The translations under genes were made by a program, and so were the position numbers. The notes beneath the pieces are model-generated. The model saw nothing but the letters and a program-made list of their open reading frames with translations, was not told the DNA's origin and did not search any database. This document shows positions 38,794-50,930 of a DNA stretch of 64,000 nucleotides, in pieces. The stretch lies in assembly GCA_002104905.1 (NCBI GenBank), contig MCFE01000063.1, positions 62,001 through 126,000 on the forward strand, read 5' to 3'. How positions within the stretch are numbered: the first letter of the stretch is position 1; the number at the start of each line of letters is the position of its first letter. The DNA is from Basidiobolus meristosporus CBS 931.73 (Eukaryota; Fungi; Basidiobolomycota).

Positions 38794-40095
38794 AATGTAT
38801 CAATTCTCTATACCATCTTGCATGGTGTGTGGGGAATATTGGGCCTTGCTTCACCTTTTGGGAGTTTCCTTTGGAGCAGATGTGTGGGGAAATGGCAAGT
38901 CAAGTCAAGTTGCAGGTACTACCATAACCCAATTTGATCAGGAATATTACCTTCTAGTCCATCATAGATGTGATGAGTTGGTACATGGAGGACAGCCAGA
39001 AAGAGTTGGAAATACTAAGGACAAATGTGCACATAGAGACACCTATGCATATGGCATTAAGAAGCTAAGCAGCCCCAATGCCTGGGTAATCAGTCAAGTA
39101 CTGCAAAGTTGGCTTGGGTACAACAAGCAACTAGTTCTTATCAGGAAAACCCTACCAAGATATGCCAGATTTATAATGGTCACAAGCCAACTTCTACACC
39201 ATTCAATATAGAATTTGCACAAACAAAAGCCAGAATGCACCTTTATGAGGGACTAGAATCCAGCATGGAGGGGGAATATATTGGCTACATACTGAGTAGT
39301 TCTTTACAGATATTGAGGAGGTATTCATGGCAGAAGTTGCAACAGCCAAACGTGTATTTGCAAGATGTATATGTTACCAGTAATACATGGTATATGGCAA
39401 CTTTGCAAGTATCACACTGAAAAGGAATAAAGTTGAGGTGATAGAAGTGTGTTGGTTGTGGCAGGAGTGCATGTTTGTAGAGGTTAGTAAGCAGGAGGCC
39501 ATAGTTTCTCTTTGAATCAATTTATATATGGAATACCCAAGGTAGTAGTGTGTAAGTAAATACAGAGGGGTGATTCTACAGTGGAATATATGAATTGTGC
39601 AAGGGGAGGCAGAAAAAGGAAATTCCATTTGGTAAGTTGGTATGGCAGCATTATACAGAACCAGCAGTAGGCCATCATACTGCCAATGTATTGCCATCAA
39701 AGTCTTGCTGTGGGACTGTCAAAATAACGTCAAGTTTCTGCCCATATAAGGCAATTGGATGTCCTGGCTGACTAGATCCACGTAAAATAGTAATAGAGTG
39801 CTGAAAGACTGTAACAATACTATGCTAATATTATCACAGCACCAATAAAATATTGTCATGTTTGGTCCCTTTATAAACAATATCATGTAAATATTGTCAC
39901 AGCACCAATTAAATCTTATCAAGTTTTATCCCTTTATTGGCTGCAAAATTTGCAAAACACCTTCATGATCAAACTATAAGATCATCAGGAGGGTCACTAA
40001 TTCCAAGCTGCTGTGATTATGATGTCCTTTAAACAGGATCTGGACAGCTGATCTGAATTGGATCCACCTGTAGGACCAAATTTTTTTTCATAGGG
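38794..40095 (+). mobile_element. EnSpm-like fragment E4b: transposase C-terminus to right TIR
   Basis: HLAWCVGNIGPCFTFWEFPLEQMCGEM..QVKLQVLP; ends ggaccaaattttttttcataggg. Confidence 0.88.
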
Positions 40096-40328
40096 GTAGC
40101 ACAAACCTATCTGTGAGCACTGCCACAGTAGAAGGACTTACTCACAGCCTGGGTAGCTCTAAAAGCTTGATTCTGTTACAATTTAAGAAGTGATTTGGAT
40201 ATAAGGAACTTATCAAGAAACTAACCCTAAGATTCCTGATCCAAATTTAGCACATATTGCTTTGGGTATCCTATACCAGAACTTAAACAAGCTGACTTTT
40301 ACTCTCTCACAACTGGTACATAATATTA
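40096..40328 (+). pseudogene. Relic C0 fragment (post-protease region)
   Basis: ctgtgagcactgccacagtagaagga..cacatattgctttgggtatc aligns to C2 ~14740-14905. Confidence 0.7.
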
Positions 40329-40789
40329 CCCTATGAAAAATAACTTGGTCCTGTGGGTGGATCTGATCCGGATCATCTGTCAAGATCCCATTCAGAGACC
40401 ATCATAATAACAGCAGCTTGCAATTAGTGACCCTCCTGATGATCTTATAATTAGATTATGAAGGTGTTTTGCAAATTTTGCAGCCAAATAAACGGATAAA
40501 ACTTGACAACTTTTGATTGGTGCTGTGACAATATTAGCATGTTATTGTTGCGGTCTTTCAGTGATCTATTACTATTTTTAAGTGTATCCAGTTGGCCAGG
40601 ACTTTCAATTGCATCATATGGCAGGAAACTTGATGGTATTTTGACGGCCTCACAGCAAGACTCTGATGGCAATACATTGGCAGTATGATGGCCTACTGCT
40701 GGTTCTGTATAATGCAACCATACCAATTTACCAAATGGTATTTCCTTTTTCTACCTCCCCTTGTGCAATTCATATATTCCACTGTAGAA

Positions 40790-43700
40790 TCACCTTTCTT
40801 TATTTGCTTACCCACTACTACCTTGGGTTTTCCACATATAGTTTGAATCAGAAAAAACTATGGCCTCCTGCTTACTAACCTCTACAAACGTACACGCCTG
40901 CCACAATTGACATACTTCTATCACCTCACCTTTACGGCTTTTTAGTGTGATACTTGCAAAGTTGCTATATACCTTGTACTACTGGTATCATATACATCTT
41001 GCAAACATATGCTTGGTTGTTGCCACTTCTGCCATGAATAACTCCTGAATATTGGCAAAGAACTTCTTGGTATTTAGCCAATATATTCCTTCTCCCTGCT
41101 GGGTTCTAGTACCCCTTAGAGATGTGCTCTGGCTTTTGTATGTGTGAATTCTGTACTGAATTGTGTAGAAGTTGGCTTGTGACCATGAGAAATCCGGCAT
41201 ATCTTGGTGGAGTTTTCCTGATAAAAATTAGTTGCTTGTTGCACCCAACCCAACTTTGCATTACTTAACAAATTACCCACGCATTGAGGCTGCTTAGCTT
41301 CTTAATGCCATAGGCATAGGTGTCTCCATGTGCACATTTGTCCTCAGTATTTTCCAACTCTTCATGGCAGTCCTCCATGCACCAACTCATCACATCCATG
41401 ATGGACTAGAAGGTAATATTCCTGATGAGATTGGGATATGGTAGTACCTGCAACTTTACTTGTCTTCCCATTTCCCCACACATCTGCTCCATAGGCAACT
41501 CCCAAAAGGTGAAGCAAGGCCCAATATTCTCCACACACCGTGTAAGATGGAGTAGAGAATGGATATAGTAGCGGCAGAGATCTACACATTCAGCTTTATG
41601 ATTGTAGTATAGCCACTCAAATCCCATTGCAAACTCCTTGCACAACAGCTGTTGATGTGTCAAGTTGGCATTAGTGATCTGCTTCTGGATAAATATTCCT
41701 ACAGTATTCACATATGACTCTCAATTCTTCCAATGTACTCTTGGTAGAATGACTTCAGAAGGCCACTTGAGTAAATACTTATCTAGTTCATCCAGTCTTT
41801 GCATTTGTATTGTTGCCTATGAGTATGAGTATTTATTGGAGCTTCTGAGAAGTGTTTAGGGTAGCAGATACTCTGTAATATCTTGCCAATTTTTTCAAAT
41901 TTCTCCGGTATCTTGAAGGGCTCATTTAGCATGAAATGCCCCATGTACAACTTGGTCATCAGTATAGGGATATTGTTGAAAGGAAATGCATTGCTCCTAT
42001 TGGAAAGCTTTTGCTCCAACAGATACCCTGTATCTCAAGTATCTCCAGTTTCCAATTGATTCAATATTCCAGCCAATGGCTTATAGCTTGCCAACTTTGC
42101 TGCAATGGCATGCATACTTCTGTATGTTCTCTCTGTGGAAAGATGATGTTCTTAGTGCTAGTGTTTGGGTAATAATTATATGCGTGAGTTATGAAGTAAA
42201 TCCCCTGGATCTCACACGTTTGACAGCAATACCATCCATTGTGCCTGGAAAAGCCTGCTATCTTGCTGATGGCTGGGGTATCTTCAATGCAGATAATAAT
42301 ATGTGCTTTGACATGACAGCCATTTACCATTATCCTGCTGGAAAGCATACAAAATTCATTCAGCAATGGATACAGGTAGCTGTCCAGGTTAGATGGTGAT
42401 TTAGGCTCAGATACCAGTGAGACTACCATCAGTTTATTGCTCTGATACTGTAAGATGGGTGGCAGATTCAGATTGATGAGAATCAGTGGCCAGCAGAATT
42501 TGCTAGTAGAGTACTTGTTTAATGAGAATCCATCAAGTACTCAAGCAAAGGCATGGTCATACATACCTTCAAAGTAGACCTTGCTTCTTAGCTGTTTGTA
42601 ATGCTTGCCATTGAATATATTGGATATATCAGTGCTTGATTGATACTGAGTGTGGTACTAGACTTGTTCCGTTGGATAGTGCCACATTGAGCCATGAGTG
42701 CCAAATGATGCCGTAGTGTGCCAGAGAGACTAAGTGAGCCTATACTTGGCCACAGATTGTGAAACATAGCTCTGCATCTTCATGCAATGTAGCCCCTGTG
42801 TTTCACCCATTGCGCAAGAGAAAATCCATTTTTTGACCTTTTTTTGTGGATCAATGTAGCTCAGGATGTGTAAGAACACAGGAGAACTGAAGATATGCAT
42901 CTGGTACTCAATACCCATGGCACTCTGAATCTAGCTCCTGTAGCTTGTATCATGTCACAAAAATGAATGGCACTATCTTGGTCCACTGGTACTATCTGGC
43001 ACTATATTTAATATTAGCCCTAAAGCAAGATCTATACAAAACACTTATAGTGCCAGATAGTACCAGTGGACCAAGATAGTGCCTTTCTTTTTTGTGACAC
43101 AATACAAGCTACAGGAGCTAGATTCAGAGTGCCATGGGTATTGAGTACCAGATGCATATCTTCAATCTGCTTGTGCTCTAACACATTCTGCACAACATTG
43201 ATCCAAAAAAAAAGGTCAAAAAATGGATTTTCTCTAACACAATGGGTGAAACACAGGGGCTGCTTTACATGAAGATGCAGAGCTATGTTTCACACTCTGT
43301 GGCCAAGTATAGGCTCACTTGGCCTCTCTGGCACACTATGGCATCATTTGGCACTCATGGCTCAATGTGGCACTATCCAACAGAACAAGTCTACTGTATA
43401 GCTTTGCAATATTTGTTGGACTGCATCAGCTTCCTCAGACAGTGTATGACCGGAATATATCCGGAGTGTGAACAATGTTTTCCCTCAATGGTGGTGGATT
43501 CCTGACAATTTGGACACGTTGCAATGGCAGCATTTTTGGATGTGAATGCCATGCAACTGTTAACACATGCTGGAATCAGGAAAGTCTCTGGATCATATGT
43601 TGCCAGCCACATGATGGTTGTCCACATGATGGTTGTCCACTTGTACCATGTACATGGTAAGTTGCATCCCGGTATGATTTTGGCAAGAAGTAGTGATAAA

Positions 43701-44248
43701 TCCTCAAAGCCCCCATTACTGATATTAATGGAAACGCACCACTTCTCTAGCAGCAACATCACATCATTCACCAGTGGATGGATTACTGTGCTTGCTTAGC
43801 TCCATAAAGTATCCTTGGCATCTGTTTTAATGGGTATTGTCTCATTGCATATAGGGATTTGACCGGGCTCATACATGGTACTGTTGTTAGGGGAGATAGG
43901 CTCAAAATCCATCAGTGAGCCTTCTTTGTCAGAGCTATCACTCTGCATGCCATTTTCAGAAGGCTGAGGTGAGCCTAAAGGAGTCACAAACTCACCTGAC
44001 TCAGTTTGTGCAAGGTGACAAAGACAGCCAGGTGCTAATATAGAAGTATCAACTGGCAGGCAAGATAATGTTGGTACAGTAGTGACCAATGAATGGTCAA
44101 ATATGACTTGGGTGGCAAAACACTGGCCGTGATCCCTGTAATACTTCCTATGCTGTCTGAATGCTTCATGGCTGAGAGGCTTGCCGCAGTAGCCACATGG
44201 TCTTCTTTCTCTTCTCTTACGGCATTGAGTCAAAGAAGTTTTGTCCAT
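40790..44248 (-). pseudogene. Tnp2/Transposase_21-like DDE transposase with DUF4218-like C-terminal region (~900 aa estimated)
   Basis: Start MDKTSLTQC..CGYCGK; ACVNSCMAF..CPNCQES; EPKSPSNLDSYLYPLLNEF; IEDTPAISKIAGFSRHNGWYCCQTCEIQG; IHSLLHL..IGPCFTFWELPMEQMCGEM. Broken by stops and a MITE; the 3' end is approximate. Confidence 0.85.
42660..43392. mobile_element. 733-bp foldback element of the ANT-TSD family
   Basis: 347-bp inverted arms (42660-43006, 43046-43392), 39-bp spacer, exact TSD ACT. Confidence 0.93.
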
Positions 44249-44470
44249 GGGGCAAACAGTTTGACCTTCAACAATGTACCGCTATTATATCACTTTTTGG
44301 TCAATACTCATGTGAACTTAAGACAGTCTTGTATTTGATACATTGCACCTACATGAATGTAAGATTCAATAATGACCTGCCATGGTAAGCATTATAGATA
44401 AAGTTGTGGCACCACATACATGTGTATATGTAACATTATTTCCTCTTTGGTTTGACTCACTTCCATATAT

Positions 44471-46538
44471 ATGCCGCCAAAAAATAAAGTAAATTCATCT
44501 GGCTCTCAACCAAACCCCACTGCCAATGGCAACAGAAGAATAGTTGGACAACAGCTTGCTTTGACATTCAGTGCAACCAGCAGGGCTACATCCAAAAAAG
44601 GCCCTGTGGACAGTGTGCCCGTTGAAGGTGATAATGCAGACTCCTCAGGCTCTCAATCAAGTAGGCAAATGAGAACCTCTGCAAAGCCACAAGCTGACCA
44701 TTATGCTCAGGCAGATGAGAATGTAGCAAATGCAGTACCCTCTGTTGAAGATCAGCAAGTGGCCAAGATAACATCACCACCACCCATATTAGCAACTATG
44801 TTGTCAGCTCATACCAAAGCATTAATGAAGCAATTAGGTGCAGTGGCTGATAGGATAGATGCAATGGCCCAGAGAAATCAGGAAATAGTCCAGAAACAGG
44901 TTGAGCAAATAATATGTGTAGAGCAATCAATATCCCTGGTTGAGAAAATAGTATCTTTTCTGCAAAGAAGGAACTCAAGTAGCTCAATGTCACAGCCAAG
45001 AATTAAGCCATTTTCCAATGTAAAAGCAGAGGAACACTGTAGAGTCTTTGAAGCACAACAACAGTTCCCAAAGATAAAGCACACAGAAAAACCTATCACA
45101 GCATAGGTGGGAGACAATGTGGTGTTTATACCTAAGCCTAAGAATCAAAAGACATTGAAGATCCGTGAAGCCGTTGAGTGCAATAATGAAGAGTGGGCTA
45201 ATATCCAAGAGGCTGTCAGAAGTCTAGCATGACATCACCTTAAGGCTGGCATACCATGGGACCATCAGGAACTCAAGGCCAAGCAGAATGCACTTGACTT
45301 GTTCCATGAGCATTATCCTGGATTCAAATGGGCAAACAGATTTTGGGCCAGCATTGAAATCCTAAAATAGTATCTTAAGAATGCAGAAACTATCAAAGGC
45401 AGAAAAACAAGGGTGCCATGGCTAAAAACCAGCGGCTTCCTTAAGAGCCCGTTACAAGCAGGGCCAAAAGCTCCAGACAAGCGTCAAAGAGATGTCAGGC
45501 AGCTGGAAGAGTGCCAATTAAGGACAAGCAGGCAGACATGGATGCACCAGCACATCATTTATCAACAAAAAAGCATAGTACCACTCAAGAGGCACCTAGT
45601 CAAAGTAGCAGTGAAGGATCTGGCAGTGATAAAAACCTGCCGCTTTTACAGGAGCTTGTCACAACCACAGTTGAGAGCTCAAAACAAGCAGAAAAGAAAC
45701 ATTAGGTTGCCAGAAGAGTGCCAGCAAGGGACAAGCAGGCCAAAACAGATGCGTAAGAGCAGAATTTATCCGGGAGAAAACGTAGTTGTTTACAAGAAGC
45801 ACTCAGACAAAGTAGCAGTGAAAGACCTGGCAGTGATAAAGGAAATGGTAGAGGGAAAATGTCTACCCTCGCCTGAGACAGGAAGGCATGCAAAAAAAAC
45901 TGCAGTTCTTGCCAATTAACGCCGCAAGCCAGAAACAGACTGAATCCCATCATGGCCAAGAAGAATCACCAACAAGAAAATAGCTGTTTTCACAGGAGTT
46001 GGAAGCGCAGCCATTTGAGCTACACTCCTGCAAGGTAGATGAGTTTGCTGAAAAAGGCAACTTACCTATCACAGCCTCCACAGCCTCAATTGTTGACAGA
46101 GTGGAGATCCCACTGACAGACAATGCTACAACGTTAAGAGCTTGAAAGACTATCACAACACCTTCAGTGGAGTTTTGGAACATTAATAGGCACACCAAGA
46201 GGTTGCAGCACTTCTTCAAGTGCAGTACTTAAGAAAACACACTGGAATATTGCCAGGATTTATTACAAAGATTGGCAGTTGAGGCGTTGGACCTTGCAGT
46301 GCCAGCTGAAGACCATGATGTGTGGGAACCAGGGAATGGACAGTGGCATAAAGCTGTTGGGCTCCCGCCAAAGTTGTGGAACCAGAGCGTTACAGCAGAA
46401 ATACTTATTGAGTTGTGGATTTTAATGGAGTTACTTGTTAGGTGTGTGGTTGGGCTTAATGTTAGTGTAGGGTATAGAGACTTGTATAGGTCAATACAAT
46501 TGGCAAATGAGGTACAACTGAAGCTTCAACAGAAATAA
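44471..46538 (+). pseudogene. E5 ORF2, accessory protein of unknown function
   Basis: MPPKNK start, S/Q-rich N-terminus, predicted coiled coil and a conserved EEWANIQEAV..GIPWDHQE..YPGF..WAS block. Homologs at 32163, 38415 and 58345. The 3' extent is uncertain. Confidence 0.7.
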
Positions 46539-46904
46539 AACAATTTGTACGCAAGAAAAGTAAGCAAAACGGTTGAGTCAGGAAGTAAGGAGTGTGAAAA
46601 AGAGGCAATAGCCAATCAATTCAGACAAATGTAGGAGGCAATAGAGTGTCTGGGATCAGAAAGTGAGCAATTTGGCAGGGAACTAATCAAAAGCCACTTA
46701 TACATTGTTATGATGAGAAATTTTGAAAAAGTTTTTTGTGAAATCTGGGGTGCAATTATTTTTCAACGGTCTCTGGATGGAGTCCTGACAAGATCAGTAC
46801 CTCTCAGTCACGGGACATTAACTTTGTGACGGCCTTTTGATGGGATCATCTCAATAATTTTTCATAGCATTAGTGAGCAAAGAAAAACAATGTTTGGATG
46901 TACA

Positions 46905-47161
46905 GGCCAGTTGGATCCACTCAAACAGTTGTAAAGTGCACTAAGACCACAACAATGCCATGCCACCCTGGGCAAAACACCGTACAAACTCTGTTTTATT
47001 TTATCAACTTTCTTTGGCTGTAAAATTAGCAAAATGCAGTTGTGATCCTATCACAGGATTGTGTAGATGGTCATTAATTCCAAGCTGCTGGTATTATAGT
47101 GGTATCCTGACAGCTGATCTGGATTGTATCCACCTGCAGGACCAAGTTATTTCTCATAGGG
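46905..47161 (+). mobile_element. Isolated EnSpm-like right-end fragment
   Basis: Reverse complement of the right subterminal region, ending accaagttatttctcataggg. Confidence 0.8.
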
Positions 47162-48217
47162 ACTATGATGGTAATAAAGTTGCCTCCAACTAGTACTGTT
47201 TTGTGCTGCCAAGCCTATTTACCAAATGATATATAGTTTTTTACTTCTTCTGATGCCACTGATATTTTTTACTGTAGAATCTCCCTTCTATTTTTGCTTA
47301 CCAACTACAATCATTTGTATTCTATAAACAGTTTGAATCAAAAACCTATGAGTGAATACTTGCTTCTGCCAACTTTCTGTGAACACTTCTTGATTGTTGG
47401 CAAATACTTTTTTGTAGTTGATGAATGTATTCTCTCCCTGCAGGATTCTATTCCCCTCATAGGTGCACTATGGTTGATGCTTTTATGAATTTTGTTTCTG
47501 ACTGCTCCTGGCTGTCCTCCACATGCTAACTGATCATATCAATCACAGACTTGAATGTAATATTCTTAGGGAGATTGGAATATGTAGTACTTGCAAATTG
47601 ACTTGTCTTCCGGCCCTCCCCACACATGGATTCCACTGATAACTCCCACAAGGCAAATCAAGGTCTGACATTCCCAGCATACCAAGCAATATGTAGTAGA
47701 GAATGGATAGAGTAGCAGCATAGACCCATATGTTCACATATATGCTTGTAGTCAAGCTGCTCAGATCCTGTCACAAACTCCTTGCAAAAATGCTACAGCT
47801 GTGCTAAAGTTGGTGTTGTTGGACCTATTTTGGATAAATATTCTTGCATTGTGAGTAGACTTGTTCCATCATTCCAGCTGATCATAGTGCCCAATAGTGC
47901 CATAGCATGCCAGATGGTGCCTAATCATGCCACAGAGTGCCAGAGGGTGCCATACAATGCCAATTTGGGATCCAAATTGACATGCGTATGACCGTAAGAT
48001 ATCAAATTAATAACAAAATATACAGCACTTTCTGGCAATATGATCAATGGCACAATGGAACAAGTCTAGTATAAAACACCTATTTTTCTAACATACTGCA
48101 GGTAGAAGTTGTTTCTGAAAGCAACTTAAATAGATATGTCACCAGTTCATTCAGTATTTGCACTTGTATTGTTGAATATGTATATGAACATTGATTGATA
48201 CTTGTGAGAAATACTTT
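47162..48217 (-). mobile_element. Diverged EnSpm-like transposase C-terminal fragment E8
   Basis: Aligns to E5 ~40700-41830 (CVGRAGRQVNLQVL). Confidence 0.7.
47857..48067. mobile_element. 211-bp MITE, ANT-TSD family (copy 4)
   Basis: TIR AGACTTGTTCCAT, exact TSD AGT, eight TGCC units; same length as 9433-9643. Confidence 0.92.
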
Positions 48218-48410
48218 TGCTATGAAAAATAATTGTGATGATTCTGTCAAAGTAACAAGTGTTATCAATTGTTAGGATATTAAGCAAAAATAATTGAGAA
48301 ATATTCACCTTACATTTCATAAAAAACTTAGTCAAAACTTTTGATTGCAACTATTCACAAGTGGTTATTGATTGCCCCTACCAGTTACCTCTCTTTCTTT
48401 CTACTCTAAT

Positions 48411-48593
48411 TGTTAAGTTGTAACCAAGTGTTCATAGAAATTCAGCTACATAAATCTTTTTTGGTGATTCACATCCAGTTCTGACTAAATTTTTTGTAAA
48501 GAATTACTCAGAATATTCTCACCAAATCAACAGGCAGACAAATTATGACCTTTCTCAGAGTTGTCCAAAAGACCCCAGACTTTACACACATAC
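48411..48593 (+). mobile_element. Old copia solo LTR, first part (second part 60743-60902)
   Basis: tttacacacATAC|...|ATACtcttggg rejoins to match the LTR consensus tttgcacacatgttcttggg. The second part ends ..gcaaca. Confidence 0.7.
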
Positions 48594-49859
48594 CCCTGTG
48601 AAGAATAATTTGGTCCCAAAGGTGTATCCAATCTAGATCAGCCATCAGGATCCCACTTAAAGACCATTATAATACCCACAGCTTGGAATTAGTGACCCTC
48701 CTAATAATCTTATGATGGGCTCACAACAGTGTTTTGCTAATTTTACAACCAAACAAAGGGATAAAACTTGATAAGATTTAATTGGTGCTGTGACAATATT
48801 TTCATGATATTGTTGCGGTCTTTTAGCGCTCTATAACTATTTTAAGGGGATGTAACTGGCCAGGACATCCAGTTGCCTTTTATGGCAAGTAACTTGACAG
48901 TATTTTGACAGCCTCACAGCAAGACTCTGATGGCATTATATTTGCAGCATTACGGCCTACAGCTGGTTCTGTATAATGCTATCTTACCAATTTACCAAAT
49001 GATATTTCCTTTTTCTACCTTTCATTGTGCTATTCATATATTCCACTGTAGAATCACCCCTCTTTGTTTGCTTACCCACTACTACCTTGGGTATTTCCTC
49101 ATTTAGCTCAAATCAAGAAAAACTATGGCCTCCTGCTTACTAACTTCTACAAATGTGCACACCTGCTGCAATTGGCATACTTGTATCACCTCAACTTTAT
49201 GGCTTTTTAGTGTGATACTTGCAAAGTTGCTATATACCTTGTACTACTGGCAACATATACATCTTGTAAAAATATGCTTGGTTGTTGCCATTTCTGCCAT
49301 GAATACCTCTTGAATATTCACAAAGAACTTCTTAATATTTAGCCTTTATAATCCTTGTCCCTGCTGGATTCTAGTCCCCCTTATAGGTGCACTCTGGCTT
49401 TTGGTTGTGTGAATTTTGTATTAAATGGCGTAGAAGTGTGCTTGTGACCATGAGAAATGTGACATACCTTGGCAGAGTTTTCCTGATAAAATTAGTTGCT
49501 TGTTGCACCCAACCCCACTTTGCAATACTTAACTGATTACCCATGCATTGCAGCTGCTTAGCTTCTTGATGCCATCAGCATAGGTGTCTCCATGTGCACA
49601 TTTGTCCTCAGTATTCTCCAACTCTTCATGGCAGTCCTCCATGTGCCAACTCATCACATCCATGACAGACTTGAAGGTAATATTCTTGATGAGATTGGGA
49701 TATGGTAGTACCTGCAACTTTACTTGTCTTCCCATTTCCCCACACATCTGCTCCATAAAAACTGAAAAGTAAATGCATTGCTGCCAGTGGAAAGCTTTTG
49801 CTCCAACAAATACCCGCTATCTTAAGTATCTCCAGTTTCTAATTGATTCCATATTCTGT

Positions 49860-50930
49860 TGTGGTGGTGTATAAGTCCAAAGGAGAGATATGTCCAACAC
49901 TTCTCAAGTGTTTTGCGTGTGGGGTGTTCACTGGGTGCAATAACCTCTGGCAAAAGCTTGCTAGGAATACTTGGGTTCTGTCTCTAATCTAATGTGATGG
50001 GGAATAAAGCCACAAGCTTGTCAAGGGATAAGTATTGAGCTACAATCCCCAACTTATTTGGCGTCTTAACAAATGTATGTGCTGGGTTCAGCATCCTTTG
50101 AGATGACAATGTACTAAAGCTTCCAAAGTCAAAACAACTGTAAACTCCACCATCAGGGACTTGATAAGAATGCAGCTGTGGTCAATAGTTTCAAAGACAG
50201 AGAAGTATCTTTGCCTGTACAAGAACAAACTTGGGAAAGAGTCAGATATAATAAAAGATACCTACTCTGAGTATTCCTCACAAGTAGTGCCTCCAAGGTC
50301 AGTTGACTGTCAGCATGGCTTCCTAGGAGTGTCCTATGGTCTAAGATTGGAAGTTCAGGTAGCAGCAGGTAGCAGTGATCACACTAATTAACAAGTTGGT
50401 ATATTGATAAAAGGGATGATGATTTATTGTTGAGGGATAGCCTCCCTTATATACTTTTCTAACTGGCTAAGTGATTACTAATCATGGTGTTCCAGAAGGT
50501 TCCAGATATTAATAGAAATCTTAATGACATCAGAATGACCTAAGAATGCTCTAAGTAGGTGTCAGAAGGTTCTAAGAGGCACAGCACATCCCAGCAATCA
50601 GGAATCAGTATTCTGAAACCTGTGTAACATAGGGATACAATATACGGTATGGAAATGGTAGGGATGGTGACATGGGTTGATCATGTGTCACAGGTACTGG
50701 CACAGGTACGTGCCTAATATAGAAGCATGTATAGCTAGTAATCTTATATAAAGTGAGTGGTAACTTATGCAATAAGGTAAGTAGGTGTGATAGTCAACCG
50801 GCTTATTGGATAGTACTGATTGGGTAAGACAAATGGGATAAAACCATAATAAGTGTAGTAGAGCTATAGGGAAGTAGAAAATAAGGGAATGAGCACATCT
50901 GTCAGTGGGTGTCAGTGTCACCACACTACA
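49860..50930 (-). mobile_element. Solo ~1-kb LTR
   Basis: Reverse homolog of 36234-37271; TG..CA ends; flanks CTGT/CCAG. Confidence 0.85.

Larger units (their letters stand above)
40329..46868 (-). mobile_element. Most complete EnSpm-like element, E5 (~5.8 kb without its MITE)
   Basis: Right TIR CCCTATGAAAAATAAC; left end aataatttttcatagc is degenerate; ATTA lies on both flanks; transposase and ORF2 are divergent. Confidence 0.9.

Noticed and set aside
44471-45110. RIP as the mutational process (isolated TGG->TAG and CAA->TAA stops)
   Set aside because: There are too few cases by eye, and the clear multi-copy comparisons point to CpG decay. A formal spectrum is needed.
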